From NCBI GenBank assembly GCA_016868785.1, contig VGFS01000004.1, positions 4,050 to 68,049 on the forward strand: a DNA stretch of 64,000 nucleotides, given 5' to 3'. The stretch comes from Bacteroidota bacterium (GTDB taxonomy: Bacteria > Bacteroidota > Bacteroidia > NS11-12g > UBA955). This document shows positions 37,294-46,545 of the stretch, one piece after another. A program made the translations under genes and the position numbers. The notes under the pieces are model-generated. The model was not told the origin of the DNA, did not search any database, and saw nothing but the letters and a program-made list of their open reading frames with translations. How positions within the stretch are numbered: position 1 is the stretch's first letter; the number at the start of each line of letters is the position of its first letter.

Positions 37294-39315
37294 ATGAAAA
37301 AAACAATACTTTCTTTGATGGCTGTGGTGTCGTTGGGTGCTTTTGCGCAGACGGGATACTACGTGGCTCCGGGTACTGGAACGGGTAATCCAGGCGGGTT
37401 GAATGGCGATGCAGAATACCCTCCAGGGGGTGGTTTGCCAACTGGATGGACAACGCTGTTGACCGGCCCTCAAAATGAAATGTGGAGTGCATCGCAGAGT
37501 TTGCCTTTTGCATTCAAATTCAATGATCAGGATGTGACAAGCTACAAGGTGTCTGCCAACGGTGTTGTCACGTTTGACGTAGCGTCAACTACAACGCCCT
37601 CTGCGGTGAATGCCGATTTGCCCAACTCGGGACTTCCCAATCAATCGGTGTGTGTTTGGGGTGTGGGTGCAACCGCTACGGGTGACTATGTAGTGACAAA
37701 AACCTTCGGTACTACAGGCAAGCGTCAGCATTGGATTCAATACAACAGTTGTTCTGAAGCCAACATTGGAACGGGTTGGATTTATGCCAGCATCGTGTTG
37801 GAGCAGGGAACCAACAACATTTACATCGTTGACCAGCGCTACAATGGTACTGCGGCTTCCAAAATTTCTGTGGGTATCCAAATTGATGGCAGCACTGCAA
37901 TCAAAGTAAGTGAAACCCCTGCTTATGGCATGAAAGCCGTGAATGATCCTACCACTGCAGATAACGTTTATTATACTTTCTTGCCAGGCAGTCAGCCTGC
38001 TGATGAAGCGGGTATCACTGCATTGAACTTGGGAAATTATATTAGTGTGAAAAATGCACCGGTGGATATTGCTTTCGGTGTGATCAATGGTGGTACCAAT
38101 TCGATTACCTCTATGGATGTAGAATACACAGTAGATGGTGGTGCAGCGGTGGCTGGCAAAATTACCGGATTGAACATTGCTTCTGGTGCTAAAGCCAACG
38201 TTTCTCATCCAACAAAATGGTCTGGGGTTACAGTTGGTTCACACGCCATTGCAGTAAAAATTGTCAAAGTGAACGGTGCCAATGATACCAAAGTGGGTAA
38301 CAATAGCGCAAGCAAAACTGTGATTGTTTTTGATAAAGCGGTTGATCGCAAGATTTTGAATGAGGTATTTTCTTCATCTACTTGTGGTCCTTGCACACAA
38401 GGTAACATCAACTACAACAACGTGATTGCGAACAAAACCAAGCACAGCACAATCAAGTATCAGGTGTATTGGCCTGGAACAGGCGATCCTTATTGCACGC
38501 AGGAAGTACGTGATCGTACATCGTACTACGGCATCAATACTGTGCCTCGCATGGAGGTAGATGGTGGATGGGATGGAAACGCAGGTTCATTCTCAACAGG
38601 TTTGTATGATGATTTCCAAGCCAAGCCCGCTTTTGTTGAAATTACTGGAAGTGTGTCTTTGACATGGAAGAACACTGTGACTTTGGATGTGACCTTGAAT
38701 CCTTTGTTGGATAATGCGAGTAACAATTTGAAGTTGCATGCCGTGATTGTTGAAGGTATTACCTATGCCAACAAAAAGTCTAACGGTGAAACCAAGTTTG
38801 AAAAGGTGATGAAGAAGATGATGACGGGTTCTGTTGGACAGGTATTGACGCCTTTAAAGAAAGACACCAAGGTAACCAAGAAGATCGCTTATACATTCAA
38901 TGGTGGCTATCGCTTGCCTACGGATGGTTCAGCTGCTCAGCACATCAATCATTTGACAGAGAACAGTGTTGAAACTTGGAATGATTTGGCGGTTGTTGTT
39001 TTTGTTCAGGATGCCACTACCAAAGAGGTATTGCAATCGGAGACCTTCCCTATCGCATTGGTAGGTACAGAGGCGGTTGAGCAAAACTTGAATTTGTACC
39101 CCAACCCTGCCAACAGCGTATTTGTGGTTGAGGCAAAGGAAATGGGTAACGCGGCGGTTGTGGTAACTGACATGCAGGGCAAGGTAGTATTCAACGGTAA
39201 CTTGAATGCTGGTGCGTTGAGCATGAACGTTGCTGATTGGTCGAACGGTGTATACATGGTATCGGTTAACGGCAACAGCAAGAACTTGAACAGCAAGATT
39301 GTGGTTCGTCACTAA
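37294..39315 (+). CDS. T9SS-secreted protein with an Omp28-like thioredoxin-fold domain
   Basis: NEVFSSSTCGPC (CxxC), YYGINTVP and LAVVVFVQD..TKEVLQS; CTD LYPNPAN...SNGVY. Confidence 0.85.
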   Translation: MKKTILSLMAVVSLGAFAQTGYYVAPGTGTGNPGGLNGDAEYPPGGGLPTGWTTLLTGPQNEMWSASQSLPFAFKFNDQDVTSYKVSANGVVTFDVASTTTPSAVNADLPNSGLPNQSVCVWGVGATATGDYVVTKTFGTTGKRQHWIQYNSCSEANIGTGWIYASIVLEQGTNNIYIVDQRYNGTAASKISVGIQIDGSTAIKVSETPAYGMKAVNDPTTADNVYYTFLPGSQPADEAGITALNLGNYISVKNAPVDIAFGVINGGTNSITSMDVEYTVDGGAAVAGKITGLNIASGAKANVSHPTKWSGVTVGSHAIAVKIVKVNGANDTKVGNNSASKTVIVFDKAVDRKILNEVFSSSTCGPCTQGNINYNNVIANKTKHSTIKYQVYWPGTGDPYCTQEVRDRTSYYGINTVPRMEVDGGWDGNAGSFSTGLYDDFQAKPAFVEITGSVSLTWKNTVTLDVTLNPLLDNASNNLKLHAVIVEGITYANKKSNGETKFEKVMKKMMTGSVGQVLTPLKKDTKVTKKIAYTFNGGYRLPTDGSAAQHINHLTENSVETWNDLAVVVFVQDATTKEVLQSETFPIALVGTEAVEQNLNLYPNPANSVFVVEAKEMGNAAVVVTDMQGKVVFNGNLNAGALSMNVADWSNGVYMVSVNGNSKNLNSKIVVRH

Positions 39316-39362
39316 TTGTGTTGAGCTAAACAATTTTTTCGTTCGCAGTTCGTTTTTAGTGT

Positions 39363-39506
39363 ATGAAATCAAAGAAAGGGGCTGTTCTGATACTGTTGTT
39401 GTTTTTTGGAGCGGCGATGGTGTTTGAAGCTTGTGTAACTACCAAGGGTAAGTCTTGCAAGCCACCCAGAAAGCGATATTATCATCACACATTCATTGAT
39501 ATGTAA
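39363..39506 (+). CDS. 47-aa putative lipoprotein/lipopeptide, below the ORF-track length cutoff
   Basis: Manual translation MKSKKGAVLILLLFFGAAMVFEAC-VTTKGKSCKPPRKRYYHHTFIDM; immediately followed by a terminator. Confidence 0.72.
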   Translation: MKSKKGAVLILLLFFGAAMVFEACVTTKGKSCKPPRKRYYHHTFIDM

Positions 39507-39508
39507 TT

Positions 39509-39539
39509 AAAAAAGCCCTGCGAAAGCGGGGCTTTTTTT
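39509..39539. terminator. Intrinsic terminator, possibly bidirectional
   Basis: A6-GCCCTGC-GAAA-GCGGGGC-T7. Confidence 0.9.
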
Positions 39540-39552
39540 GTAGGAGTTTTTG

Positions 39553-39560
39553 TAATTTTG
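39553..39560 (+). promoter_or_regulatory. -7 element (TAATTTTG) for trhO
   Basis: Exact match just after the terminator. Confidence 0.6.
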
Positions 39561-39591
39561 TGGAACTTCAATCATTAATATATCTCTGTCC

Positions 39592-40608
39592 ATGTTATTG
39601 CAAAACATTGTGAACCGGGAGGAACTGAAACGTCGGATGTATGCCGATGTTCGTCCTTACACCACCATTTCTTTTTATTGTTATCATCCCATTGAGGATC
39701 CCATGGCATTCCGCAATGATTTGTTTTTGCGGTTGAGTCGGTTGGAGGTTGTGGGGAGGATTTACATCGCCCGGGAGGGCATCAATGCTCAGATTGCTTT
39801 GCCATCGGTTCATTTTGAGTCGTTTAAAGCGGATTTATACACGATTGATTTCTTGAACAACATTCGGTTGAATGTGGCCATCGAAGAGAAACAGAAGAGT
39901 TTTATCAAATTGGACATCAAGGTAAGGGAGAAGATTGTGGCCGATGGGATTAGTGATCCAACGTTTAGTTTGCAGAATCGCGGCAAGTATTTGGCGGCTG
40001 CGGAATGGAATCAGAAGATGGCCGACCCGAATGCGGTGGTGGTTGATATGCGCAACCATTATGAGAGTGAGGTGGGTAGGTTTGAGGGGGCTAGCTGTCC
40101 GGATACAGATACGTTTCGGGAAGAGTTGGCGCGGGTGTTGGATTTGTACAAGGAGGAGAAGGACAAGCCCATTTTGATGTATTGTACGGGTGGTATTCGA
40201 TGCGAGAAGGCCAGTGCTTGGATGAAGCACAATGGTTACAATGAGGTATATCATTTGGAGGGAGGGATCATCAATTACGTGAATCAGGTGAAATCGGCGG
40301 GACTTGAGAACAAGTTCAAGGGGATAAATTTTGTGTTTGATCAGCGGTTGGCGGAGCGTGTATCGGATGATGTGATTGCTTCTTGCCATCAATGTGGGGC
40401 GCCGGCGGACACGCACATCAATTGCGCGAATACGGGATGCCATTTGTTGTTCATTCAGTGTGCGTTTTGTGCGGAGAAATACGAACACTGCTGTTCGGAG
40501 GCTTGTAGGTCGGTGACGCATTTGCCGCAGGAGGAGCAAATTCAGTTGCGCAAGGGCAAGCCGGCGGGTAGAATTTTTAGTAAGGGAAGATTTCCTGGCA
40601 AAGTGTAA
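39592..40608 (+). CDS. trhO: Rhodanese-domain tRNA uridine(34) hydroxylase, TrhO/YceA family
   Basis: Motifs GRIYIAREGINAQ, DMRNHYESEVGRF, YCTGGIRCEKAS, LEGGIINY and FVFDQR. Confidence 0.92.
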   Translation: MLLQNIVNREELKRRMYADVRPYTTISFYCYHPIEDPMAFRNDLFLRLSRLEVVGRIYIAREGINAQIALPSVHFESFKADLYTIDFLNNIRLNVAIEEKQKSFIKLDIKVREKIVADGISDPTFSLQNRGKYLAAAEWNQKMADPNAVVVDMRNHYESEVGRFEGASCPDTDTFREELARVLDLYKEEKDKPILMYCTGGIRCEKASAWMKHNGYNEVYHLEGGIINYVNQVKSAGLENKFKGINFVFDQRLAERVSDDVIASCHQCGAPADTHINCANTGCHLLFIQCAFCAEKYEHCCSEACRSVTHLPQEEQIQLRKGKPAGRIFSKGRFPGKV

Positions 40609-40731
40609 AATAATTTGAGCAGTTTGTCGTTTGTGTGTAATGAATTCGGAGGCGGCATGTGAAGCGCGCGGCGGTTGCAGGTCTCCTCTCCTTATATTCG
40701 CAGAATTAATTATTAATTAGAACACAATACG

Positions 40732-41478
40732 ATGAGATATACTCGTAATGCGCAAGAGAAATCTTGGTTACGATGGGCAGTGATACTGCTTACAGTGATG
40801 GCGATGCCTGGTGATGTTTTTGGTCAGTGGGGTTTTGGTGCCGATGCCGGCAGTGCAGATACGGCGGCCAAGGACAGTGGTGCAACTTCTGGTGGTGGCG
40901 ACGGTGGTTGGGGAATGGATGGCGGATCATCGGCGGCGGATCCGGTGGTAAAGCGCGCTCCATACATAAGGTTTGTGCCCCCTTACGACAGCATGCGTGA
41001 GATTATTTTTTACGAGAATATCATTGAGGATGAGATGTGTGAAAACTGCGGTGCTGATTCTTTGTACTGGCGTGCCAAGAAATATTTGGTTCAGCGTTTG
41101 GGCAAGGAGGGTTACAAGAAGATGGTGATTGAGGACAAGGTAGCAGAGCGGATCGTGTTGAAGGTGACTGCGCCCATGATTTGTAGGTACGGACAGTATA
41201 ACAAAAAGCAGGAGGGGATGATGGAGTATCGATTGACGTTGCGATTCAAGGACAGTAGGTACAAGTATCAGTTCGGCAATTTTGTGCATGTAGAAGCGGA
41301 GGAAGGGTTGAGCACGAAAATTTCACGGACATACCATGAGCACTATATGCGATTGAAGAAGGGCTATCAATTCACCGACCGTTATTTGTTGTCGGCTGAT
41401 TTTGAGGTGAATGAGGTGGTGACGGGATTGAAGAAGACACTGCAGCAGCCTTATCAGCCCGACGAGGACGATTGGTAG
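40732..41478 (+). CDS. Exported protein, DUF4468-like
   Basis: Signal peptide, Gly/Asp-rich linker and YRLTLRFKDSRYKY motif. Confidence 0.65.
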   Translation: MRYTRNAQEKSWLRWAVILLTVMAMPGDVFGQWGFGADAGSADTAAKDSGATSGGGDGGWGMDGGSSAADPVVKRAPYIRFVPPYDSMREIIFYENIIEDEMCENCGADSLYWRAKKYLVQRLGKEGYKKMVIEDKVAERIVLKVTAPMICRYGQYNKKQEGMMEYRLTLRFKDSRYKYQFGNFVHVEAEEGLSTKISRTYHEHYMRLKKGYQFTDRYLLSADFEVNEVVTGLKKTLQQPYQPDEDDW

Positions 41479-41610
41479 GCAGGACGATTTTTATCGATTT
41501 TCCGATGTTTTGCGACGGGTTTTTACCTACAGGAACCATTCTTTTGGTGTCCAATCGAAGAAAGCATGAAAAAAAGTTGTGGATATCTTGCTCAAATACA
41601 TAAAATATCC

Positions 41611-41618
41611 TATTTTTG
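41611..41618 (+). promoter_or_regulatory. -7 element (TATTTTTG) for the rplM operon
   Basis: Exact match 31 nt upstream of the GTG. Confidence 0.7.
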
Positions 41619-41649
41619 CAACCCCAAAAACTACGTAAGAATTACAAAC

Positions 41650-42093
41650 GTGAATCCGCTGAGTACATACAAAACCGTTTCGGTTAACAAAATGACTGCC
41701 GACAAGCAGTGGTTTGTGGTTGACGCAAATGGACAGACATTAGGCCGTATGGCCTCTCAAATTGCTTCGGTATTGCGAGGCAAGAACAAGCCTTCTTACA
41801 CTCCCCATGTGGACTGTGGTGACAACGTGATCGTGATCAACGCGGCTCATGTTGTGATGACGGCGGGAAAGTTCGACAAGAAAGAGTATTTGCGTCACAC
41901 AGGTTTTCCTGGTGGACAGAGAAGCACCTTGGCGAAGAATGTGAAGCCTGCTCGTTTGATCGAGATGGCGGTGAAGGGCATGTTGCCTAAGAACCGTTTG
42001 GGGCGTCGTTTGTTTACCAACTTGTTTGTGTACGAGGGATCAGAGCATCCTCATGCGGCACAACAACCCAAAGTAATGAATACTGAAAACTGA
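41650..42093 (+). CDS. rplM: 50S ribosomal protein L13
   Basis: Motifs GKNKPSYTPHVDCGD and HTGFPGG; GTG start inferred. Confidence 0.97.
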   Translation: MNPLSTYKTVSVNKMTADKQWFVVDANGQTLGRMASQIASVLRGKNKPSYTPHVDCGDNVIVINAAHVVMTAGKFDKKEYLRHTGFPGGQRSTLAKNVKPARLIEMAVKGMLPKNRLGRRLFTNLFVYEGSEHPHAAQQPKVMNTEN

Positions 42094-42098
42094 GCCCT

Positions 42099-42479
42099 AT
42101 GATAAACACCTCAGGCAGAAGAAAAGCCGCTGTAGCACGCGTATACCTGAAAGAAGGTAACGGAACCATCATTGTAAATAAGAAGCCATTGGAAGTATAC
42201 TTCCCATTGTCTTGGCATCAATCAGCCATTCAGGCTCCTATGGCATTGACCGATAACGCCGGCAAGTTCGACGTTCAGGTAAATGTTTGTGGGGGTGGTG
42301 TAAGCGGACAGGCGCAAGCGGTTCGTTTGGCCATTTCTAAGGCTTTGGTTGACATCAATGCAGAATTGAAATCACCTTTGAGACAGGCAGGATTCATGAC
42401 ACGTGACTCACGTGTTGTTGAGCGTAAGAAGCCAGGTCAGAAAAAGGCACGTCGTCGCTTCCAGTTCTCTAAACGTTAA
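42099..42479 (+). CDS. rpsI: 30S ribosomal protein S9
   Basis: Motifs [10 protein letters not shown] and [19 protein letters not shown]. Confidence 0.99.
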   Translation: MINTSGRRKAAVARVYLKEGNGTIIVNKKPLEVYFPLSWHQSAIQAPMALTDNAGKFDVQVNVCGGGVSGQAQAVRLAISKALVDINAELKSPLRQAGFMTRDSRVVERKKPGQKKARRRFQFSKR

Positions 42480-42487
42480 TTATACCC

Positions 42488-43234
42488 ATGGCATATACTC
42501 AGCAAGATTTGTTGGAAGCAGGTGTACATTTTGGTCACCTTACCCGCAAATGGAATCCCAAGATGGCTCCATACATTTTTATGGAACAGAATGGTATCCA
42601 TATCATTGATTTGAAAAAAACCGAAAGCAAGTTGGAAGAAGCCAAAGCGGCTGCTAAGAACATTGCTCGTTCAGGCCGCAGGGTTTTGTTCGTTGCTACC
42701 AAGAAGCAAGCGAAGGAAATCGTGGCTGAAGAAGCGAAGCGTGCCAACATGCCTTTCACCACTGAGCGTTGGTTGGGTGGTATGTTGACCAACTTCCAGA
42801 CTGTACGCAAGAGCATCAAGCGCATGCAGAATATCGACAAGATGGTTACAGACGGTACATTTGAGCGCATCAACAAGAAGGAGCGTTTGATGTTGGACCG
42901 TGAAAAGGCCAAGTTGCAGATGATTTTGGGTGGTATCGAAGATATGACCAAATTGCCAGGTGCTATTTTCATTATCGATGTAAAGCGCGAGCACATTGCC
43001 GTGTCTGAGGCTACTCGTTTGGGTATCCCCACCATTGCTTTGGTAGATACAAACTCAGATCCTACAGTGGTTGATTATTCAATCCCAGGAAACGATGACG
43101 CTTCTAAGTCTATCCATTTGATCGCTCGTGAAATCGCGGATGCCATCATCGAAGGTAGCCAAGAGCGCAAGCGTGAGAAATCAGAGGACGAATCAGCTGC
43201 TGTTGCTGAGAAAGAAGTTGCTGCTGAAGCATAA
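42488..43234 (+). CDS. rpsB: 30S ribosomal protein S2
   Basis: Motifs [23 protein letters not shown] and IPGNDD. Confidence 0.99.
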   Translation: MAYTQQDLLEAGVHFGHLTRKWNPKMAPYIFMEQNGIHIIDLKKTESKLEEAKAAAKNIARSGRRVLFVATKKQAKEIVAEEAKRANMPFTTERWLGGMLTNFQTVRKSIKRMQNIDKMVTDGTFERINKKERLMLDREKAKLQMILGGIEDMTKLPGAIFIIDVKREHIAVSEATRLGIPTIALVDTNSDPTVVDYSIPGNDDASKSIHLIAREIADAIIEGSQERKREKSEDESAAVAEKEVAAEA

Positions 43235-43245
43235 TTGAATTGACT

Positions 43246-44079
43246 ATGATAACTATTAGTGCATCAGAAGTAAATAAACTGCGCCAAATGACCGGTGCGG
43301 GCATGATGGATTGCAAAAATGCTTTGGTAGAAACTAACGGTGATTTCGAGGCGGCTGTAGATTTCTTGCGCAAGAAAGGCGCGAAAATTGCGGCGAAGCG
43401 TGCTGACCGTGAAGCTACTGAGGGTTGTGTTATTGCAACCATCAACGAGGCGCGTAAAGCGGGTGTGATTGTATTGTTGAGCTGTGAGACAGATTTCGTT
43501 GCGAAGAACGAAAACTTCATCGCCTTGGCAAAAAACATCGCTGCGGTGGCTTTGGAAAACAAATCAGCCGATGTTGATGCTTTGAAGGCTTTGTCTATCG
43601 ACGGTGTGAGCATTGCTGACCGTTTGTTGGAGGAAGTGGCTAAGATTGGCGAGAAAATCGACGTGAGCAAATACGAGTTGGTAGAAGGTGCCAACGTAGT
43701 ATCTTATATCCACGGTGCGAACCGTATGGGTGTATTGGTAGAGTTCAACAACGCTGCCAATGATGCCAACTTGGTTGCAGGTAAAGATGTAGCGATGCAG
43801 ATTGCTGCGATGAATCCTGTGGCTGTGAATCGCGACAGTGTGGATGCTAACACCATCGACCGAGAATTGGAAATTGGTCGTGAGCAAGCCCGTGCAGAGG
43901 GTAAGCCTGAGGCCATGATCGATCGTATCGCTGAAGGTAAGTTGCAGAAATTCTTTAAAGAATCTACTTTGATGGCTCAAGATTTCGTGAAAGACGGTTC
44001 TATGACCATTGAGAAGTATTTGTCGAGCGTTGAGCCTGGTCTCACCGTTTGCGGATTCAAGCGAGTGCAACTCGGATAA
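43246..44079 (+). CDS. tsf: Elongation factor Ts
   Basis: Motifs [13 protein letters not shown] and CETDFVAKN. Confidence 0.99.
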   Translation: MITISASEVNKLRQMTGAGMMDCKNALVETNGDFEAAVDFLRKKGAKIAAKRADREATEGCVIATINEARKAGVIVLLSCETDFVAKNENFIALAKNIAAVALENKSADVDALKALSIDGVSIADRLLEEVAKIGEKIDVSKYELVEGANVVSYIHGANRMGVLVEFNNAANDANLVAGKDVAMQIAAMNPVAVNRDSVDANTIDRELEIGREQARAEGKPEAMIDRIAEGKLQKFFKESTLMAQDFVKDGSMTIEKYLSSVEPGLTVCGFKRVQLG

Positions 44080-44091
44080 TCAAGAAATTTT

Positions 44092-44118
44092 AAATCCCTC
44101 GAAAGAGGGATTTTTTTT
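44092..44118 (+). terminator. Intrinsic terminator after tsf
   Basis: AAATCCCTC-GAAA-GAGGGATTT followed by a T run. Confidence 0.9.
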
Positions 44119-44137
44119 GCTAATATTACAACAAAAA

Positions 44138-44848
44138 ATGAGGTACAAAAGAATACTACTGAAATTAAGTGGAGAGGCCCTGTTGGGTTCACAGTCTTAT
44201 GGCATCGATGCCAAGGTGTTGGAGACGTATGCCAAGGAAGTGAAAAAGGTTGTAGAGGCAGGCGTAGAAGTGGCGGTGGTGATTGGAGGCGGAAATATAT
44301 TCCGCGGTGTTCAAGGGGCTCAAGGAGGCGTGGTAGACCGCGCAACGGGCGATTACATGGGTATGTTGGCAACCATGATTAACGCGATGGCTTTGCAAGG
44401 CGCGTTTGAAAAAGTGGGTATGTCGACCCGTTTGTTATCGGCCATCAAAATGGAACAAATTTCAGAGCCTTTTATTCGTAGAAGGGCGATACGTCACCTA
44501 GAGAAAGGCAGGGTGGTAATCTTTGGTGCTGGCACTGGAAATCCCTATTTTACTACCGATACGGCGGCTTCGTTGCGTGCGGTGGAGATTGAGGCGGATG
44601 TGGTTATCAAAGGAACCCGCGTGGATGGCATATACGACAGTGATCCTAAGAAGAATGCGGGTGCGGTAAAATACGACGAGATTTCTTTCAAGAAGGTGTA
44701 TGATTTGGGATTGGAAGTGATGGATTTGACGGCGATTACGTTGTGTCAAGAGAACAACAAGCCCATTGTGGTATTCGATATGAACGGCGAGGGCAATTTG
44801 ATGAAGTTGGTTCAAGGTGAGAAAGTGGGCACCTTGGTGATTGATTAA
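44138..44848 (+). CDS. pyrH: UMP kinase
   Basis: Motifs [24 protein letters not shown] and [10 protein letters not shown]; ATG 44138. Confidence 0.98.
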   Translation: MRYKRILLKLSGEALLGSQSYGIDAKVLETYAKEVKKVVEAGVEVAVVIGGGNIFRGVQGAQGGVVDRATGDYMGMLATMINAMALQGAFEKVGMSTRLLSAIKMEQISEPFIRRRAIRHLEKGRVVIFGAGTGNPYFTTDTAASLRAVEIEADVVIKGTRVDGIYDSDPKKNAGAVKYDEISFKKVYDLGLEVMDLTAITLCQENNKPIVVFDMNGEGNLMKLVQGEKVGTLVID

Positions 44849-44856
44849 TTCAGTTT

Positions 44857-45114
44857 ATGAGTCGTTGTAATTTGCAGTTGAATCAGCATTTACGACAGTC
44901 GATGGAGCACCGTTGTCGACAAATGGATCCTAAAATATTATCGTGGGGGCTGGCTTCGCCAGCCCTCCGTGTTTTGCTGTCGCTCAACATCAACACCGTA
45001 GAAGATTTACTAAGCTACAGCCCAAAAGAAGTGGCTGAGGCCCATGGGATGGGCAATACGGGGCTGCAACGAATCAAAGAAGGGCTACAGCAGTTGGGTT
45101 TGGAATGGGGTTGA
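44857..45114 (+). CDS. Stand-alone RNA polymerase alpha-CTD-like (helix-hairpin-helix) protein
   Basis: LASPALRVLLSLNINTVEDLLSYSPKEVAEAHGMGNTGLQRIKEGLQQLGL; true start may be 44902 or 44923. Confidence 0.72.
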   Translation: MSRCNLQLNQHLRQSMEHRCRQMDPKILSWGLASPALRVLLSLNINTVEDLLSYSPKEVAEAHGMGNTGLQRIKEGLQQLGLEWG

Positions 45115-45184
45115 TGGCATGGCCATCTCGGGTTCAACCATTGGGTAGAGCCTGCTGTGGTTGTTAAGAAAACGCAATTAAAAC

Positions 45185-45212
45185 AAAAAAGACGGCAGAG
45201 GCCGTCTTTTTT
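45185..45212. terminator. Bidirectional intrinsic terminator between convergent genes
   Basis: A6-GACGGC-AGAG-GCCGTC-T6. Confidence 0.9.
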
Positions 45213-45233
45213 AATATCCTTAAACTGTTCGAC

Positions 45234-45488
45234 TTACGCCAAAGAGTTTACATGCTTTTGCAAACTTGATTTCAAGTTGCCAGCTTTGTTCTTGTGGATG
45301 ACATTGCGCTTCGCCAATTTGTCCAACGCTGAGAAAGCGTTTGTCAACAACTTAACAGCCTCCTCTTTAGAGGTAGCCTTGCGGATGGTCTTCACGATAT
45401 TACGAGCAGTTTTGTGCTGGTAGCGGTTGAGATCGCGCTTGGCAGCGTTTGCTCTGATTCTCTTGATTGCGGACTTATGATTTGCCAT
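45234..45488 (-). CDS. rpsT: 30S ribosomal protein S20
   Basis: MANHKSAIKRIR...LDKLAKRNVIHKNKA. Confidence 0.98.
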   Translation of the reverse strand: MANHKSAIKRIRANAAKRDLNRYQHKTARNIVKTIRKATSKEEAVKLLTNAFSALDKLAKRNVIHKNKAGNLKSSLQKHVNSLA

Positions 45489-45506
45489 TTCTGTTAAAAA
45501 GGACTG

Positions 45507-45514
45507 CAAAGATA
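45507..45514 (-). promoter_or_regulatory. -7 element (TATCTTTG) for rpsT
   Basis: Exact match 18 nt upstream of the ATG. Confidence 0.7.
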
Positions 45515-45553
45515 ACCAAATGCAATGAATTCAGCAAGATATTTCAAAATTTC

Positions 45554-45883
45554 TCAATCATTTTCTGGGGCTAACTGCACCTTGAGTCCATCCATTTCAG
45601 GAGAGAGGTGTAATTGGCATCCGAGCCGACTGTTGTTTTTGACAAAAAATGCTTGGTCAAGCATGCCCAGTTCATCGTCTGACGGCTCTGGTAGCGCATG
45701 ATCGCTCAACACGTAAACTTGGCAAGTGGCGCACATGGCCATGCCCCCACATTCACCTTTCACGGGTAATTCGTTGGCTTTGCAAAACTCCATGAAGTCA
45801 AGTCCCATGTCGGTGGGTGCCTCATAGGTATTTTCTTCGCCATTGCGGTCGATGATGGTGATATGAATCAGCGGATTTTCCAT
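45554..45883 (-). CDS. 2Fe-2S ferredoxin (adrenodoxin/Isc type)
   Basis: CGGMAMCATC...SRLGCQ. Confidence 0.93.
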   Translation of the reverse strand: MENPLIHITIIDRNGEENTYEAPTDMGLDFMEFCKANELPVKGECGGMAMCATCQVYVLSDHALPEPSDDELGMLDQAFFVKNNSRLGCQLHLSPEMDGLKVQLAPEND

Positions 45884-45885
45884 GA

Positions 45886-46530
45886 TTATCGCAAATGGGT
45901 AAGGTGATCCAGGTCATTTTTGATTTTGATATGATAGTGTATGTCGCAGCCATTTTTTTCTAGCACATACAGGCATACGTTGTCGTGTTCAAAATCATCC
46001 ATGTTTTCCAGTGGGGTATTGGTGAGCAGGCACAGAAACCCGCGGAGTGCGCGACCATGCATGCATATCAGCACAGGATTGTCGGTACTGCTTTCGATTT
46101 TTTTGAGTCCCACTTTCTGGCGTTTTTGCATGGCCAACGGGGTTTCTCCACCGTTGATGGCTTGATTGAGTTCGCCATTTCTCCAGCGTTGCAACATCGC
46201 ATAGAATTCCTTGCGGGAATGTTCACTCGGCTGCTGTCCTTCCAGAATTCCCCAGTTAATCTCATTGAGTTCAGGGATGATTTGGGTGGGGATATTGAGT
46301 AGTGCGAAGGGGGCAACGGTTTGGTGGGTGCGTTTCAGCGAGCTCACGTAAATGCGCTGAAAGGGGATGTGTTTATAGGCTTGGAAAAACGCGTCTGCTT
46401 GTTGTTGTCCGAGCGAATTGATGTCGGTATCCACCCCAGAACCTTGAACGATTCCCATGCGGTTGTAGTGGGTTTCCCCATGCCGAATGATGTACATTGT
46501 TTTTGTGGCGGGGGAGGGTGAACTTTGCAT
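45886..46530 (-). CDS. Histidine phosphatase (phosphoglycerate mutase family)
   Basis: Motifs RHGET, LNEINWG and CMHGR; start uncertain. Confidence 0.9.
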   Translation of the reverse strand: MQSSPSPATKTMYIIRHGETHYNRMGIVQGSGVDTDINSLGQQQADAFFQAYKHIPFQRIYVSSLKRTHQTVAPFALLNIPTQIIPELNEINWGILEGQQPSEHSRKEFYAMLQRWRNGELNQAINGGETPLAMQKRQKVGLKKIESSTDNPVLICMHGRALRGFLCLLTNTPLENMDDFEHDNVCLYVLEKNGCDIHYHIKIKNDLDHLTHLR

Positions 46531-46545
46531 GGATTCAAGCATGTG

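Noticed and set aside
37274-37297. 7-codon uORF MNRINKL overlapping the 37294 start (ATGA)
   Set aside because: Its ATG is 2 nt after the -7 element, so probably upstream of the TSS
40640-40725. 26-aa ORF MNSEAACEARGGC... in the spacer
   Set aside because: No signal, coupling or terminator support, and it overlaps the likely promoter
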